Notes under the pieces: model-generated
Seen by the model: only the letters and a program-made list of their open reading frames with translations
Databases searched by the model: none
What the model was told of the DNA's origin: nothing
Source of the DNA: Methanobacteriota archaeon
GTDB lineage: Archaea > Halobacteriota > Bog-38 > Methanoflorentales > Methanoflorentaceae
Direction of reading: 5' to 3'
Assembly (NCBI GenBank): GCA_963719035.1
Contig: CAVRAO010000002.1
Location: forward strand, 608,001 to 672,000
DNA length: 64,000 nt
Made by a program: the position numbers and the translations under genes
Shown here: piece by piece, positions 9,552 to 21,094 of the stretch
Position numbering within the stretch: the first letter of the stretch is position 1
Layout: the number at the start of each line of letters is the position of its first letter

Positions 9552-12119
9552 CTACTCACGAGGGTGCTCTCCCTTTTCATAACGCTTTATAATCACTTTT
9601 GAGGCTTCGAATAGCACGAGGCTGCTCAGTCCGACCGCTACGCTCGCAATTGTCGCCGCGACTGAGAGTGGGGCAAAAAGAAATACCCCTTGCAAAGCCG
9701 GTATGTAGAGCGCCCCTGCAAGGAATACAACTGCTCCACCCGACACATACCACAACGCCCGGTTCGATCGTCGCACAGAGTCAACTAATGTGTCTGTCCA
9801 CGATCGGATACTGAGTATGAGACATAAGTTTGCAATAACGAGCGTTGTGAAAGCCATCGTACGCGCTTGATTTTCATCGCGCCCATAAGCGGTTGCACCA
9901 ATATAGACGAGCATTACGATCATTAGGATACCTATACCCTGGAACAGATTCACGCTCAGTTGCCTCCGCGTAAAAAGAGGCTCGTGCGGATTGCGGGGGG
10001 CACGGCGCATCACGTTGGGATCCGCGGGCTCCGCTTCAAACACGACTGATGATACGGGATCAATAATAAGCTCTAGAAATGCGATATGGATCGGCAAGAG
10101 GATGAGAGGCCAATGGAGGAGCACTGGAAGGAGTGTCACACCTGCAATAGGGACGTGAATCGCGAGGATGTACCCCATCGCCTTCTTAATATTGTCATAA
10201 ATCCGCCGCCCGAGCCTTACTGCGTGCACGATTGATGAGAAGTCATCGTCCAGTAACACCAGTGACGACGCCTCACGGGCAACGTCAGTGCCTCTTTTTC
10301 CCATGGCCACGCCTATGTCTGCTGCTTTCATTGCAGGAGCGTCATTCACGCCATCACCCGTCATGGCAACGACTTCGCCGTTGGCCTTCAGCGCTTTCAC
10401 TAAGCGAAGCTTCTGCTCAGGAACAGTTCGAGCGAAGATGCACGCGGTTTTGATACGCTCTTGAAGAGTGCGATCGTCGATTTTTTCGAGCTCTGGCCCT
10501 GTGATAATCTCATCGCGCGCAGCGAGTCCGATATATTCTGCGACGCTACGCGCGGTCCCAGGATAGTCACCAGTTATCATGATCACCCGTATTCCTGCAT
10601 CGTAGCATTCCTGAACTGCTTGCTGGACCGTGGGCCGCACGGGGTCAATGAGACCGATCAATCCGAGGAACTCAAATGCAAAGTCGTGCTGTTCCATTGG
10701 GAGCTTCTCCGACCGGAATTGCGCCTCTGCCACGGCCAACACGCGCAGTCCTTCGTTCGCGAGCGCAGAAATGTGCCGCGCAAGGTCGCGCTCTTGCGCA
10801 TCAGAAAAATGGCACAGATCCGCTATCGCTTCGGGTGCGCCCTTCGCGGCGATGATGTAGTCCCCCCCGCTGGGAGATTGCCATACTCGTGATAGTGCCA
10901 GCAAGCGCTCTGACAGAGGGTACTCTCGTTCAAGCATCCAATCGGCGTGGAGGTGCTCAGTCGCAGCTAAGAAATGCTCGCCTAACACCTTAAACGCCTT
11001 TTCCATCGGATCGAACGGGTCTATCTGACTTGCTAAGATGCTGAACTCGACGATCTGGTGGAACGATTCAGAGAGTTCCTGTCCCGAATCAAAGTCGACG
11101 TCGTAAAGCTGACCGTTAGCAAAAAGGGTTTTCACCGTCATGCGATTGAGCGTAAGGGTGCCCGTCTTGTCAGTGCAGAGAACAGTCGCAGCCCCAATAG
11201 TCTCGACCGCGCTTGCGTTGCGGGTGAGCACCTGCTGCTGAGAGATACGCCAAGCCCCAAGCACCAGAAACACGGTGAGAACAACAGGGAATTCCTCAGG
11301 CAGCATTGCCATTGCTAACGCAATGCCGGCGAGAAGCCCATCAAGCCAGTTGCCTCGCGTTGCTCCGTAGATAAACACGACAATGAGGAATAATAAGAGC
11401 CCAACGAGTGCAATATTGCGAACAAGTCGTTCTGTTTGAACCTGAAGCCCCGTCTTTTCGCTGTCAAGCGAGCGAATGGCCGTGCCAATCTTTCCTATCT
11501 CAGTCCCAGCCCCTATAGCGCGCATCTCTGCCACGCCGTTTCCACGAACGACGAGTGTGCTTGAATACACAAACGGCGTTCCTTCGCCGCCAGCACGCTC
11601 CATTTCCGACCTTTCGCCGCCCGCCTTTTTTCGCACCGGCACCGATTCGCCGGTCAACAGCGACTCGTCGATCGACAGATTGATACTCGAAAGCAGGATG
11701 CCGTCTGCTGGGACGCGATCGCCTTCGTAAAGGACGACGAGATCTCCGCGCACTACTTCGCGACCGGCAATCCGCCGTGCCTCCCCCTCGCGAATTACAA
11801 GGGCGCGCGGGCTTGAGAGATCGCGAAGCGCTTCTAACGTGCGTTCTGTCCGCCGCTCCTGGTAGAAGGTAATTCCCATAATCACGAAGACGAAGCTTAA
11901 CAAAATGAGCGCCTCTTGACGGTCGCCGACCAGCAGGTAGACGGCGCCCCCACCTAGAAGGAGCAGAAACATAGGCTCGCGAATGACCCCAAGCACAATC
12001 GCTAAGATACCGCGCGGCTTTTCGGACGGAAGCTCGTTGTAGCCTTCCTCCCCGAGTCGTCTCTCCGCTTCTTTTTGCGAAAGTCCTGATAGTTCGCCTA
12101 AATCTACGTCAGGAGTCAT
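9552..12119 (-). CDS. Cation-transporting P-type ATPase (P2A-like)
   Basis: LTGES, PEEFP, DKTGTLT, KGAPE, MITGD and TGDGVNDAPA motifs. Confidence 0.95.
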   Translation of the reverse strand: MTPDVDLGELSGLSQKEAERRLGEEGYNELPSEKPRGILAIVLGVIREPMFLLLLGGGAVYLLVGDRQEALILLSFVFVIMGITFYQERRTERTLEALRDLSSPRALVIREGEARRIAGREVVRGDLVVLYEGDRVPADGILLSSINLSIDESLLTGESVPVRKKAGGERSEMERAGGEGTPFVYSSTLVVRGNGVAEMRAIGAGTEIGKIGTAIRSLDSEKTGLQVQTERLVRNIALVGLLLFLIVVFIYGATRGNWLDGLLAGIALAMAMLPEEFPVVLTVFLVLGAWRISQQQVLTRNASAVETIGAATVLCTDKTGTLTLNRMTVKTLFANGQLYDVDFDSGQELSESFHQIVEFSILASQIDPFDPMEKAFKVLGEHFLAATEHLHADWMLEREYPLSERLLALSRVWQSPSGGDYIIAAKGAPEAIADLCHFSDAQERDLARHISALANEGLRVLAVAEAQFRSEKLPMEQHDFAFEFLGLIGLIDPVRPTVQQAVQECYDAGIRVIMITGDYPGTARSVAEYIGLAARDEIITGPELEKIDDRTLQERIKTACIFARTVPEQKLRLVKALKANGEVVAMTGDGVNDAPAMKAADIGVAMGKRGTDVAREASSLVLLDDDFSSIVHAVRLGRRIYDNIKKAMGYILAIHVPIAGVTLLPVLLHWPLILLPIHIAFLELIIDPVSSVVFEAEPADPNVMRRAPRNPHEPLFTRRQLSVNLFQGIGILMIVMLVYIGATAYGRDENQARTMAFTTLVIANLCLILSIRSWTDTLVDSVRRSNRALWYVSGGAVVFLAGALYIPALQGVFLFAPLSVAATIASVAVGLSSLVLFEASKVIIKRYEKGEHPRE

Positions 12120-12244
12120 TCTTACCTGTGTACGCGCGTCATCTCTTATATGAGTATTTTTGAGAGCGTGCGCATAATGCCTGTTTATAAGATGGAAGTG
12201 TCCACCCTGCAGAGAGCCTTGCTCCGACTGGCATAACTATATAT

Positions 12245-12280
12245 GATTAGTAAGATTAGTAGGATTAGTAAGATTTAGAA
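12245..12280 (+). repeat. 9-bp tandem repeat (GATTAGTAR x3 plus a degenerate 4th copy), putative operator
   Basis: gattagtaa gattagtag gattagtaa gatttagaa lies directly after a TATATA box and upstream of the AbrB gene. Confidence 0.75.
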
Positions 12281-12313
12281 GGTTTGCGCATGCACGCGCT
12301 GAGGGGCTAGATC

Positions 12314-12595
12314 GTGACAGGTCATGGGCTTGAAAGAATGAAGTATTACGGGGACACCGTCATCGGCGAGCGAGGCCAAGTTGTAATCCCCGCTGAACTG
12401 CGGAAGAAGTTCGGTATCGAAACGGGAGACCGCTTTCTCGTCATGGGGGGCGAACAGATGGGTGCGTGGGGACTTCTTTTAGTGAAATCAGACGTGCTGT
12501 CACAAGTCGTCCAAGACATCTTCGGGGGGAAACTCGAAGAAGTGCTCGGGCGGGAAGGACGTGCAGAAATTCCTCGTGAACCACCAACCGAATGA
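12314..12595 (+). CDS. AbrB/MazE/SpoVT-family transcriptional regulator
   Basis: IGERGQVVIPAELRKKFGIETGD swapped-hairpin motif. Confidence 0.9.
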   Translation: MTGHGLERMKYYGDTVIGERGQVVIPAELRKKFGIETGDRFLVMGGEQMGAWGLLLVKSDVLSQVVQDIFGGKLEEVLGREGRAEIPREPPTE

Positions 12596-12760
12596 TGATC
12601 AAGAAGACGGCGAAATGTATAAACATCCCAACCGTCGAGGTTGGTGATTTTAACGGATGTTCTTTGCGACAGAGAGTTTTTTCCGATCTTTGTTTAAGAA
12701 ACATCTAAATATAGACGTAGCTATGTTATATCTTTAGATATATCAATAGGTCGTAGTGAT

Positions 12761-13783
12761 ATGGACGACGTAGCAATCAAAGCAACAAACCTCGTTAAAA
12801 AATTCGGCGACTTCGTCGCCGTCGATCATCTCTCCTTTGAGGTAAACAAAGGCGAGATATTTGGCTTTTTAGGACCAAACGGCGCGGGCAAGACGACGAC
12901 GATTCGGATGCTCTGCACGCTGAGTAGCCCGACTGAAGGATCGGCAACCGTTGCCGGCTTTGACATTGCTCATCAGGGTAACAAGGTCCGCGAGCACATC
13001 GGGCTTGTATCCGAAAAAATGATCATGTATGATCGGCTCACAGCGCATGAGAACCTGCGCTTGTTCGGCGAGCTCTACGATATCCCACAAGACGCCCTGA
13101 GTGAACGCATCGATGAGCTGCTCCAGGTCGTTAATATGGAAAAGTGGGCAGACCATCAGATCGGCACGTTTTCGACCGGGATGAAGCAGCGCATCAATGT
13201 GATCCGCGCTCTTCTCAACGAGCCGGAGATCCTTTTCTTAGATGAACCAACGCTCGGTCTTGATCCTCAATCCACGAACGAGATCCGCGACTTTGCGCGC
13301 AGCGTCAACGATGATGCTGGAACAACGATCATTTTAACAACGCACGCCATGGCCGAAGCGGACATGCTGTGCGACCGGATCAGTATTGTCGATTACGGGA
13401 AGATCGTCGCACTCGATACGCCGTCAAATCTGAAAAAAGTAATCACCGGTGCCGATACGAACGTCATTGAACTCGACGTTCCAAACATTACGCCAACGCT
13501 TGTCTCGGACATCCAGTCGATGTCGTGCACGCAAACGGTCACGGTAGAAGACGAGACGCACATCAGGGTTCACGCGTTGGGCGATGAGGCGTGCGATAAC
13601 GTCATTGATACCGTGCGATCAGGCGCAGGACAGATTCGTTCCATTCATAACGTTGAGCCGACATTGGAAGACGTGTTCCTCTATCTCACGGGCCACGAGG
13701 TAAGGGAGCAGGTCGCCGACAAGGCAACCATAAAGACGCCACGTTCTGGGCACGGGCCGAGAGTGCGATCGAGGATACGGTAG
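12761..13783 (+). CDS. ABC exporter ATP-binding subunit (DrrA-like)
   Basis: GPNGAGKTT, FSTGMKQR, LFLDEPT, C-terminal PTLEDVFL. Confidence 0.95.
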   Translation: MDDVAIKATNLVKKFGDFVAVDHLSFEVNKGEIFGFLGPNGAGKTTTIRMLCTLSSPTEGSATVAGFDIAHQGNKVREHIGLVSEKMIMYDRLTAHENLRLFGELYDIPQDALSERIDELLQVVNMEKWADHQIGTFSTGMKQRINVIRALLNEPEILFLDEPTLGLDPQSTNEIRDFARSVNDDAGTTIILTTHAMAEADMLCDRISIVDYGKIVALDTPSNLKKVITGADTNVIELDVPNITPTLVSDIQSMSCTQTVTVEDETHIRVHALGDEACDNVIDTVRSGAGQIRSIHNVEPTLEDVFLYLTGHEVREQVADKATIKTPRSGHGPRVRSRIR

Positions 13784-13793
13784 GTGAAGTAGC

Positions 13794-14984
13794 ATGGGAG
13801 TGAGAAGTGGCATTCGTCACGCTCTGTGGATTGCGTGGAAAGACTTGTTAGACATCAGCAGAAACCGCATGGGTCTTATGATGCTCATCCTTATGCCGCT
13901 CTTTATGATGGGCATGGTCGGCTTCATTTTCCCCTCAAACAGCGGCATATCTCACGTTCCAGTCGCGCTCGCGAACCTTGACGCAGCGCAGGGCAACACG
14001 TCCCTCAGCACAAAATTCGTCGCACAGCTCGAGGCTTTGAACAACGAGACCGGCATGATGGATCTCTCAACGGTCGGCAGCGCTGCCGACGTCAAGTCGA
14101 ACATTCAAAACGGGCAGCAGAGCGCGGGCATCATCATCGGGAATAATTTCACGTCAAACCTCAAAACCGGTAAACAAGCAGAGGTCACTATCGTCACCGA
14201 TCAGTCGAGCCCTCAGACAGCATCTCTCGTCCAATCGGTGCTCACAAAGGTCATTGAACAAATGGGCACACAGACAGCCACGTATGGCTTGAACCAGACC
14301 TATAAAACACCGCTGAACTATTCGTTAGCCCAGATAGTTCCATACAACGTCCAGACGACGGGTATCGTTCCCGGACAAACCAACTATTTCCAGTTCGTTG
14401 CGCCCGGCATAATGGCGATGGTCGTCATGATGTCGATTATGACCGGACTTCCGCACGCCATCTCCTACGAGCGAGAGATCGGCACCCTCGATGGAATGCT
14501 CGCGGCGCCGGTGCATCGAATGTCGATCCTCGGTGGCAAGGTCATCGCCCAGACAACACGTGGTATGCTTCAGGGGATAATGATCCTTGTACTTTCGATA
14601 GTCCTCTTTGGCGTGGTCGTACAAGGCAGCATTGCGCTCGTTCTGGGACTTCTGCTGCTGAGCGTTTTCAGCCTTGTCGGCTTGGGCATTCTCATCACCT
14701 CATTTGCGAGTACGGAAGAGACCGCCACGATGATCATGATGACGCTCACGTTTCCCATGATGTTCCTTAGCGGTGTGTTTTTCCCGCTGCAGCAGATGCC
14801 ACAGTTTATGCAAGTCATCGCACAGTTCCTTCCACTCACCTATGCCGTCAGCGCACTGCGACGCGTAGTGGTGCTTGGCGCGGGCGTTCCTGCGATATCG
14901 ACGGACATCATTATACTCTTCGGTTTCGGGATCGTACTGCTATCCGTGGCGCTCTTCTCGTTCGAGCGGGCGATGAAGCGATAA
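13794..14984 (+). CDS. ABC-2 type permease
   Basis: N-terminal TM, extracellular domain, ERE.GTL, FLSGVFFP and LPLTY. Confidence 0.93.
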   Translation: MGVRSGIRHALWIAWKDLLDISRNRMGLMMLILMPLFMMGMVGFIFPSNSGISHVPVALANLDAAQGNTSLSTKFVAQLEALNNETGMMDLSTVGSAADVKSNIQNGQQSAGIIIGNNFTSNLKTGKQAEVTIVTDQSSPQTASLVQSVLTKVIEQMGTQTATYGLNQTYKTPLNYSLAQIVPYNVQTTGIVPGQTNYFQFVAPGIMAMVVMMSIMTGLPHAISYEREIGTLDGMLAAPVHRMSILGGKVIAQTTRGMLQGIMILVLSIVLFGVVVQGSIALVLGLLLLSVFSLVGLGILITSFASTEETATMIMMTLTFPMMFLSGVFFPLQQMPQFMQVIAQFLPLTYAVSALRRVVVLGAGVPAISTDIIILFGFGIVLLSVALFSFERAMKR

Positions 14985-15135
14985 TAGATTGGGGCAAGGA
15001 TTAGCTCATCGCGCGCGCCGGCTCTCGAATACTCGAGGATATCCCCCGTACGACTTCGTACTGAGGTGTGACAAAAAAAGTGGTCACGCGAGCTTAAACA
15101 CACCCCGCACACTGTGTCTGCTAGGAGGGGAAAAA

Positions 15136-15294
15136 ATGGCAGCAGAAAGTGCGGCGTTCTATTTTGGGCGTCTTGTTGTGGCGTTGAAAGAAAGTCCGAC
15201 CCCCGAGTGCAGAGAGCGTAGTGAGCGCCTGACGTGCGCTGTTAACGAAGTGCTCCACTCGCGCGACTCCGTGCACTGCGGTTGCAGCGTCTGA
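15136..15294 (+). CDS. Small hypothetical protein
   Basis: 52-aa ORF after a GGAGGGG RBS. No family recognised. Confidence 0.3.
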   Translation: MAAESAAFYFGRLVVALKESPTPECRERSERLTCAVNEVLHSRDSVHCGCSV

Positions 15295-15642
15295 AATATT
15301 TCGTGCGCTGCGAACACGTTGCATCATGCTCCATTGGACATATTAGGCGCTTCCATTATAGCGTACGACAAAATAATCAGGCAGTTTGATCCTCGTTATA
15401 TTCACTTAACGTTAACAATAACTCGTGGTGTGTTGATAGCGAAATAGAAGATGTTAACTTCGTATCGCAAACAAATCTTTCGAAGTTCTTGGAAGTACCC
15501 CACGAAGAAACTCACGAGTATGATGTCGTTCGCTTGAACTATGCCGACGCTACAAAACCACAACCAGAAAAACTCGAGTCGCGCGTGAACGATAAAGTTG
15601 ACAAGAAGTCAACGACGTGACTTATCTTTTCAACCTTCAGCG

Positions 15643-16323
15643 CTAACGTGTCCGGCGTATCACTGCAAATATCGCTGCAAGAGCCCCAAGCGCTCCAAGA
15701 GCAAAAACAGCCTCGAACCCAGGAAGCGGATTGCTACTTGTGGCTCCGGAATTGACTCCAGCGACGGTTGTCGCAGAAGGGCTCACCTGAGCGGTCGCAG
15801 TTGAGGTAGCAGCTGACGTCGTGCTCGGCACAGGAGTTGGTGAGGGGGTTGCAGCCGTGCTTGTGACGTCTGCCGCGACTCTTGTCACCGTCACCGCGTC
15901 AACAGCCTGAGCACCTGCAGGGAGTTTGGCAATTCCCGTTCGCTGCGCTGCGTAATTGCTGAGAGTGCTGCTGGCACTTGGATTGGCGACGACTGCGTGA
16001 ATTTGGAAGACTTTACCGACGCCGAATATGTTGCCTACTGAGAGACGAGTTGACCACGTCGCATCACTACGCACTGTGACCGAGGGAGCTTTTGGATAAT
16101 ACGTGCCCATCGTAGGATCATATGGCACTATCCAAAGCGTATACCCCTTTGAGAGCTGTGCCTTGCCGCTCACAGGTTGGGTAGGTCCGGCCTTGCCGTT
16201 CTTAGAAGGCGAGTTAATCTTCACCACACCTCCTTGCGGGCTTGCGGCACTCGCCACTGTGCATATGGAGGTTAACAAGAGGGCAGTGATAAGTAATAGA
16301 ATGGCCCATTTTTTCGCGCTCAT
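15643..16323 (-). CDS. PGF-CTERM surface protein
   Basis: Signal peptide, beta-rich domain, Ser/Thr/Pro linker, LPGF + TM helix + RRTR tail (archaeosortase A substrate signature). Confidence 0.88.
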   Translation of the reverse strand: MSAKKWAILLLITALLLTSICTVASAASPQGGVVKINSPSKNGKAGPTQPVSGKAQLSKGYTLWIVPYDPTMGTYYPKAPSVTVRSDATWSTRLSVGNIFGVGKVFQIHAVVANPSASSTLSNYAAQRTGIAKLPAGAQAVDAVTVTRVAADVTSTAATPSPTPVPSTTSAATSTATAQVSPSATTVAGVNSGATSSNPLPGFEAVFALGALGALAAIFAVIRRTR

Positions 16324-16378
16324 ATTGGTTCCTCCCAGAAGCTAGCTGCTGACTACCACATAAATCTTTTTAAATGGT

Positions 16379-16427
16379 TCTGAACTAACTACAGTGGATT
16401 CTGAACCGCTTTAAGTGCCCTCTGAAC
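16379..16427. promoter_or_regulatory. Three TCTGAAC heptamers at exact 21-bp spacing
   Basis: TCTGAAC at 16379, 16400 and 16421, beside the AT-rich TATA-like box of the PGF-CTERM gene. Confidence 0.55.
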
Positions 16428-16654
16428 GGCCTTTGGGATTAATGTCCTAAGCAAGTGCACCTCGCAGTTAATTATAAAAGGCATCGTTGTGACTAGTAGC
16501 TGGAGATTGAGCTATGGAGTGGCTCTAAAAAATAAGAGGCGCCTCCAGTTTAAATCGACGAAATATCCTGGTAATTAGGGCGGCTTTTTGGCACGCCGTG
16601 GTCGCGGCGGGTATCATCCGGCTGGAGGAGGCCGCAATTCAGTAACGTTCATAC

Positions 16655-18064
16655 ATGATCACAGAAAGAACCGACGTTGTCATAGGGCTCGAGGTACATG
16701 TCCAACTGACCACGCAATCGAAGCTGTTTTGCGGATGTTCAACGCGCTATCAAGACTCAGAGCCAAATACCCACACGTGCCCGATTTGCCTCGGCATTCC
16801 AGGCAGTTTACCAGTCATCAATGAAATGGCAGTTGTTTACGCTGAACGGGTTGCGAAGGCGCTCAACTGCTCGGTCCAGCGGACGCAGTTCTACAGGAAG
16901 AACTACTACTATCCCGACTTGCCGAAAGGCTTCCAAATCAGCCAGTATGACTTTCCGCTCGGCATAAATGGCCACATGATGGTAGATAGCGAAGGACAGG
17001 AACGAAAGATCCGAATCAGGCGAGTGCACATAGAAGAGGATCCAGGGAAGCTCACTTACCGCGGGACCATTGAAAAGGCCCAATACTCGCTCATCGACTA
17101 TAATCGATCAGGCGTGCCGCTACTCGAGGTGGTCACCGAGCCCGACCTTCGGACCCCTAAGGAAGCGCGGCGCTTTATCAATAAGCTGCGCAACATCCTC
17201 GAGTATCTCGACGTCTTCGACGGCAATCTCGAAGGATCGCTTAGGGTCGATGCAAACGTCTCAATCTCAGGTGGGAAACGCGCTGAAGTCAAGAATATCT
17301 CGTCCTACAAGGGCGTCGAAAAAGCGCTCCTCTTTGAAATAACCCGCCAGAGAAACTTGCTTCGAAGAGGTATCCACATCACACAAGAGACGCGGCACTT
17401 CGACGAGGCGCGCGGCATCACGATCTCGCTCCGTTCGAAGGAGCAAGAGCACGACTATCGGTACTTCCCCGAACCTGATCTCGCCCAAGTCGACCCCGAA
17501 CCGCTAGTGAAACAATTCCCGCAACAAACAGAAATAGAACTCCCTGACACAAAACGTGGCCGATTTGTTGAGCAGTACGGCATCTCAGACTACCTTGCAA
17601 AAGTGCTCACCGCCTCTAAGCCGCTTGCTGACTACTACGAAACGGTCGCCGCACGTATCGACCCGTCGGTAGCTGCAAGCTGGGTTGTAGACGTCCTTCA
17701 GGGCGAGCTGAACTACCGCGGGCTTGACCTTCAAGCGTTTAGCCCCGACTTCTTGATTGACATCATCGTTAACGTGACCGACCGACGTATTACCGAAAAG
17801 GCAGCAGTCGAGGTTATACGAACTGTTCTCGACCGTGGTGGCACCCCTTGCGAGATCATCGACGAGCAAGCGCTCCACGCCGTCCCAAGCGAACAGATCA
17901 CCACAGCTGTTAAGCAAGCGATCGAGGAGAACCCGCAGGCCGTGGCGGATTATCGCAGCGGCAAGAAAGGCGCGCTCAACTTTCTCGTCGGTCAGGTTAT
18001 GAAAAAGACACGGGGACGGGCTGATCCTACGCTGACCAACCGTCTCATCCAGGAGCAGCTGTGA
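16655..18064 (+). CDS. gatB: Asp/Glu-tRNA amidotransferase subunit B
   Basis: [41 protein letters not shown]. Confidence 0.97.
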   Translation: MITERTDVVIGLEVHVQLTTQSKLFCGCSTRYQDSEPNTHTCPICLGIPGSLPVINEMAVVYAERVAKALNCSVQRTQFYRKNYYYPDLPKGFQISQYDFPLGINGHMMVDSEGQERKIRIRRVHIEEDPGKLTYRGTIEKAQYSLIDYNRSGVPLLEVVTEPDLRTPKEARRFINKLRNILEYLDVFDGNLEGSLRVDANVSISGGKRAEVKNISSYKGVEKALLFEITRQRNLLRRGIHITQETRHFDEARGITISLRSKEQEHDYRYFPEPDLAQVDPEPLVKQFPQQTEIELPDTKRGRFVEQYGISDYLAKVLTASKPLADYYETVAARIDPSVAASWVVDVLQGELNYRGLDLQAFSPDFLIDIIVNVTDRRITEKAAVEVIRTVLDRGGTPCEIIDEQALHAVPSEQITTAVKQAIEENPQAVADYRSGKKGALNFLVGQVMKKTRGRADPTLTNRLIQEQL

Positions 18065-20070
18065 CACATCTAGTCGTCACCGAAAAAGACCTCGCAGCGA
18101 AGCGTATCGCCGACATTCTCTCAGGCGGGGCGGCATCGCCAACGAAGGTTGCAAGCGCCAACGCATATCGTTTCAATAGTACTGTCGTCCTCGGCCTTAG
18201 AGGCCACATTGTGAAGCTTGACTTCCCTGATGAGTACCGAGACTGGAAGGTCAACCTTCACGACTTGGTGCGGGCAGACATTGTCACCGTTCCAACCCAC
18301 AAAACGATCGTGGCAGGCCTCAAACGGGCCGCCAAGGACGCCGATCGAGTCACTATCGCAACAGATTTTGACACGGAAGGTGAACTTATCGGCTTAGAGG
18401 CGTGCACGATCATCAAGTCTGTAAAAGACGTCGAGGTTGACCGCGTGCGATTTAGCGCGATGACGCCGATCGAGGTCAAACGCGCGTTTCGCTCGCCTAC
18501 GAAAATCGACCTAAACCTCGCCCGCTCGGGAGAGGCACGACAAGCTGTGGACCTTATCTGGGGCGCCGCGCTTACGCGCTTCATATCTACGGCTGCCAAG
18601 CGACTCGGGAACCACTTCTTATCTGCAGGACGGGTACAGAGTCCGACGCTGGCGCTGATCGTCGATCGCGAGCGCACGATCGCACAATTCGTGCCTGAGC
18701 CCTACTGGGAGGTGTTTATTGACGTTAGCACCGACACCGAAACGTTTCACGCAAAACATCAAACCGACCGATTTCGAGACGAAGCAAGCGCATTAGCTGC
18801 GGGTCAAAACATCGGTGACACGGCTACCGTCGTAACGTTTGCAAAAGCAGAGCGGGTGGATGCGCCGCCAAAACCCTTCAATACAACGGAATTTATCGCA
18901 GCGGCAAGCGCACTCGGCATTTCAGCCAGCCGCGCCATGGACACTGCCGAGCGCCTATACACGGCAGGGTTGATAAGCTATCCTCGTACAGACAACACGG
19001 TGTATCCGAATGAGCTCGATCTCCGCCTCACCGTTAATATGTTCAAGAGCGGCCCGTTCGCTGAGAACGCCAAGTTGCTGCTCCAAAAAGAACGGTTGGT
19101 CGCCACACGAGGAAAAAAGCAAACGACCGATCATCCGCCGATCCATCCAACGATGCGCGCCAGCAAATCCGATCTCGAGCCACGTAGCTGGAAGATCTAC
19201 GAACTCGTCGTTCGACGGTTCTTTGCGACGCTCTCTGATCCGGCCCGTTGGTGCACGAAAAAGGTCACGCTGGAGTCTGGTGGGGAGCTATTCAGAGCGA
19301 CGGGGCTCGAACTGTCATACCCAGGCTGGCGCTTTCACTATCCGTACGCCCAGACGCAAGAGCGACATCTGCCCGACCTTCGCAAGGGCGCGGTCCTCAC
19401 CGTCGCGAACAAACAGATTGTCGAAAAGGAGACGCAGCCACCCCAGCGATGGGGGCAAGGCCAGCTTATCAAGAAGATGGAAGAACTTGGGCTGGGAACG
19501 AAAAGCACGCGGCACGAGATAATAACGAAACTTGCTCAGCGAGGGTATATCGACGTCAGCCCCCTACGTCCGACTGGTATCGCGTGTAGCGTCACCGAAT
19601 CGCTCGAACGCTATGCGCCGACTATCACGAAACCTGAGATGACACGCCTGCTCGAAGAGGAGATGGAGAAGGTCACAGCAGGCGCACTTTCAAAGGAGTT
19701 CGTCGTGATCAACTCGAGGGACATTCTTGACAAGGTCTTGGACACACTCGATGAACAATACCAAGAGATCAGCGCGTCGCTGCAAACGGGCCTGCGCGGC
19801 GACGCGACCGTCGGAACGTGTCCTCAGTGCAGCTCTGACCTTATCGTGCGCCGCTCGAAACGCGGCGGACGGTTCGTAGGGTGTTCCGGATATCCAAACT
19901 GCACCTTCGGACTCCCACTGCCCAAATCGGGTAGACTGCGCGTCACCGCCCGCAAGTGCAAGCAGCACGACATGCGACTAATCAAAGTGCAGACCGGAAA
20001 GCGATTGTGGGACCTTGGATGCCCACAATGCAACTACAGCAGCTGGATAGAAAAGAACAAAAACAAGTGA
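18061..20070 (+). CDS. topA: DNA topoisomerase I (type IA) with C-terminal zinc ribbons
   Basis: [29 protein letters not shown] (catalytic Tyr), GLGTKSTR. Confidence 0.96.
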   Translation: MTHLVVTEKDLAAKRIADILSGGAASPTKVASANAYRFNSTVVLGLRGHIVKLDFPDEYRDWKVNLHDLVRADIVTVPTHKTIVAGLKRAAKDADRVTIATDFDTEGELIGLEACTIIKSVKDVEVDRVRFSAMTPIEVKRAFRSPTKIDLNLARSGEARQAVDLIWGAALTRFISTAAKRLGNHFLSAGRVQSPTLALIVDRERTIAQFVPEPYWEVFIDVSTDTETFHAKHQTDRFRDEASALAAGQNIGDTATVVTFAKAERVDAPPKPFNTTEFIAAASALGISASRAMDTAERLYTAGLISYPRTDNTVYPNELDLRLTVNMFKSGPFAENAKLLLQKERLVATRGKKQTTDHPPIHPTMRASKSDLEPRSWKIYELVVRRFFATLSDPARWCTKKVTLESGGELFRATGLELSYPGWRFHYPYAQTQERHLPDLRKGAVLTVANKQIVEKETQPPQRWGQGQLIKKMEELGLGTKSTRHEIITKLAQRGYIDVSPLRPTGIACSVTESLERYAPTITKPEMTRLLEEEMEKVTAGALSKEFVVINSRDILDKVLDTLDEQYQEISASLQTGLRGDATVGTCPQCSSDLIVRRSKRGGRFVGCSGYPNCTFGLPLPKSGRLRVTARKCKQHDMRLIKVQTGKRLWDLGCPQCNYSSWIEKNKNK

Positions 20071-20106
20071 AACTTGGCAAATGTGCGACGCATGACTGAA
20101 AAACGC

Positions 20107-20851
20107 TCAGTGCTGTATTGCACTGACGAAGCTTGCGATTTTGTTTTCGATGTCTGTGTCCTCTTCGATAACCGTACCGGTTACGATAACATCCGCCCCG
20201 GCCTTTGCGAGCAACGCGGCCTGTTTATCCGTCCGTATCCCGCCGCCGACGATGAGCATCGTATCATCTATAGCTGCTTTTGCCGTTTTGACCATTGCTG
20301 GGGGCACCGTGTCTGAGACTCCAGAACCCGCTTCAAGGTAGATCCATCGCATGCCCATGTATTTTCCGGCGAGCGCGTATGCGGCAGCAATCTCAGGTTT
20401 GTTGCGTGGAATGAGCCGTGCGTCACCTATCCAGCCAACAGTGCCGCCCGGTTCGACGATTATATACGCCACCGGAAGCGGCTCCACTCCGTAGCTTTTG
20501 ATAAAAACGGCGCCGAGGGCTTGGTTTGTGCTCAGATACGCTACATTTCTCGAGTTCAACAGACATAAGAAGAAGATCGCGTCGGCGGTGAGGCAGACGC
20601 TGCCAGAATCCGACGGGAAGATGATCGTGGGGACGTTCGTGCTGCCCTTAATTTCCTGCACCGTGCACTCGAGACCACGGCCGCCGACGCCGACTGAGCC
20701 CCCGACAAGAATCGCGGTCGTGCCCCCTGCATGTCGCGCCCCGAGCAATGTGCGCGGCTTGCTCTGGTGACTGGGAGTCAGGATCGATAAGCGTTAGATG
20801 TATCGTTCCTTCTCGAGCGATCGCCTCTTGAAGCTGCTGTTCAATCGTCAC
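20107..20851 (-). CDS. pcrB: Geranylgeranylglyceryl phosphate synthase, split by a +1 frameshift near 20735
   Basis: HLTLIDPD in ORF 20648-20851. ILVGGS, YLEAGSG, VGGGIR and ADVIVTGT in ORF 20107-20748. The 745-bp span equals 248 codons + 1. Confidence 0.9.
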
Positions 20852-21094
20852 CCGGCTAACCCCTTCGTTCCTTGGACTTGACTCTTAAGTTTTTATAACC
20901 GCACTTCCTACACCGCGTCGCCTTTGGAGGGTTGCGCGCGTTACATCGCATGCAGATTTTGATATTTAGTAGCTTTTTTTCAGCTTCTGGAAAACGTGCC
21001 ATTAGATATACCTCTCACGTCGGTAGCAACATACGTCTAACACCATTTAATCTTTCTGTTCGCGATAATCGCAAGAACGGTGATAAGAGGCCGT

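Noticed and set aside
12245-12280. Short repeats here and at 16379-16427 as CRISPR arrays
   Set aside because: Units are 7-9 bp with no 30-40 bp unique spacers, and no cas genes are present. No CRISPR array was seen in the window.
12314-12595. AbrB/MazE gene as an antitoxin
   Set aside because: No adjacent PIN or MazF toxin gene. It is followed by an ABC exporter.
16578-16640. GC-rich leader upstream of gatB as a riboswitch or ncRNA
   Set aside because: Only short, competing 4-5 bp stems and no recognisable family motif.
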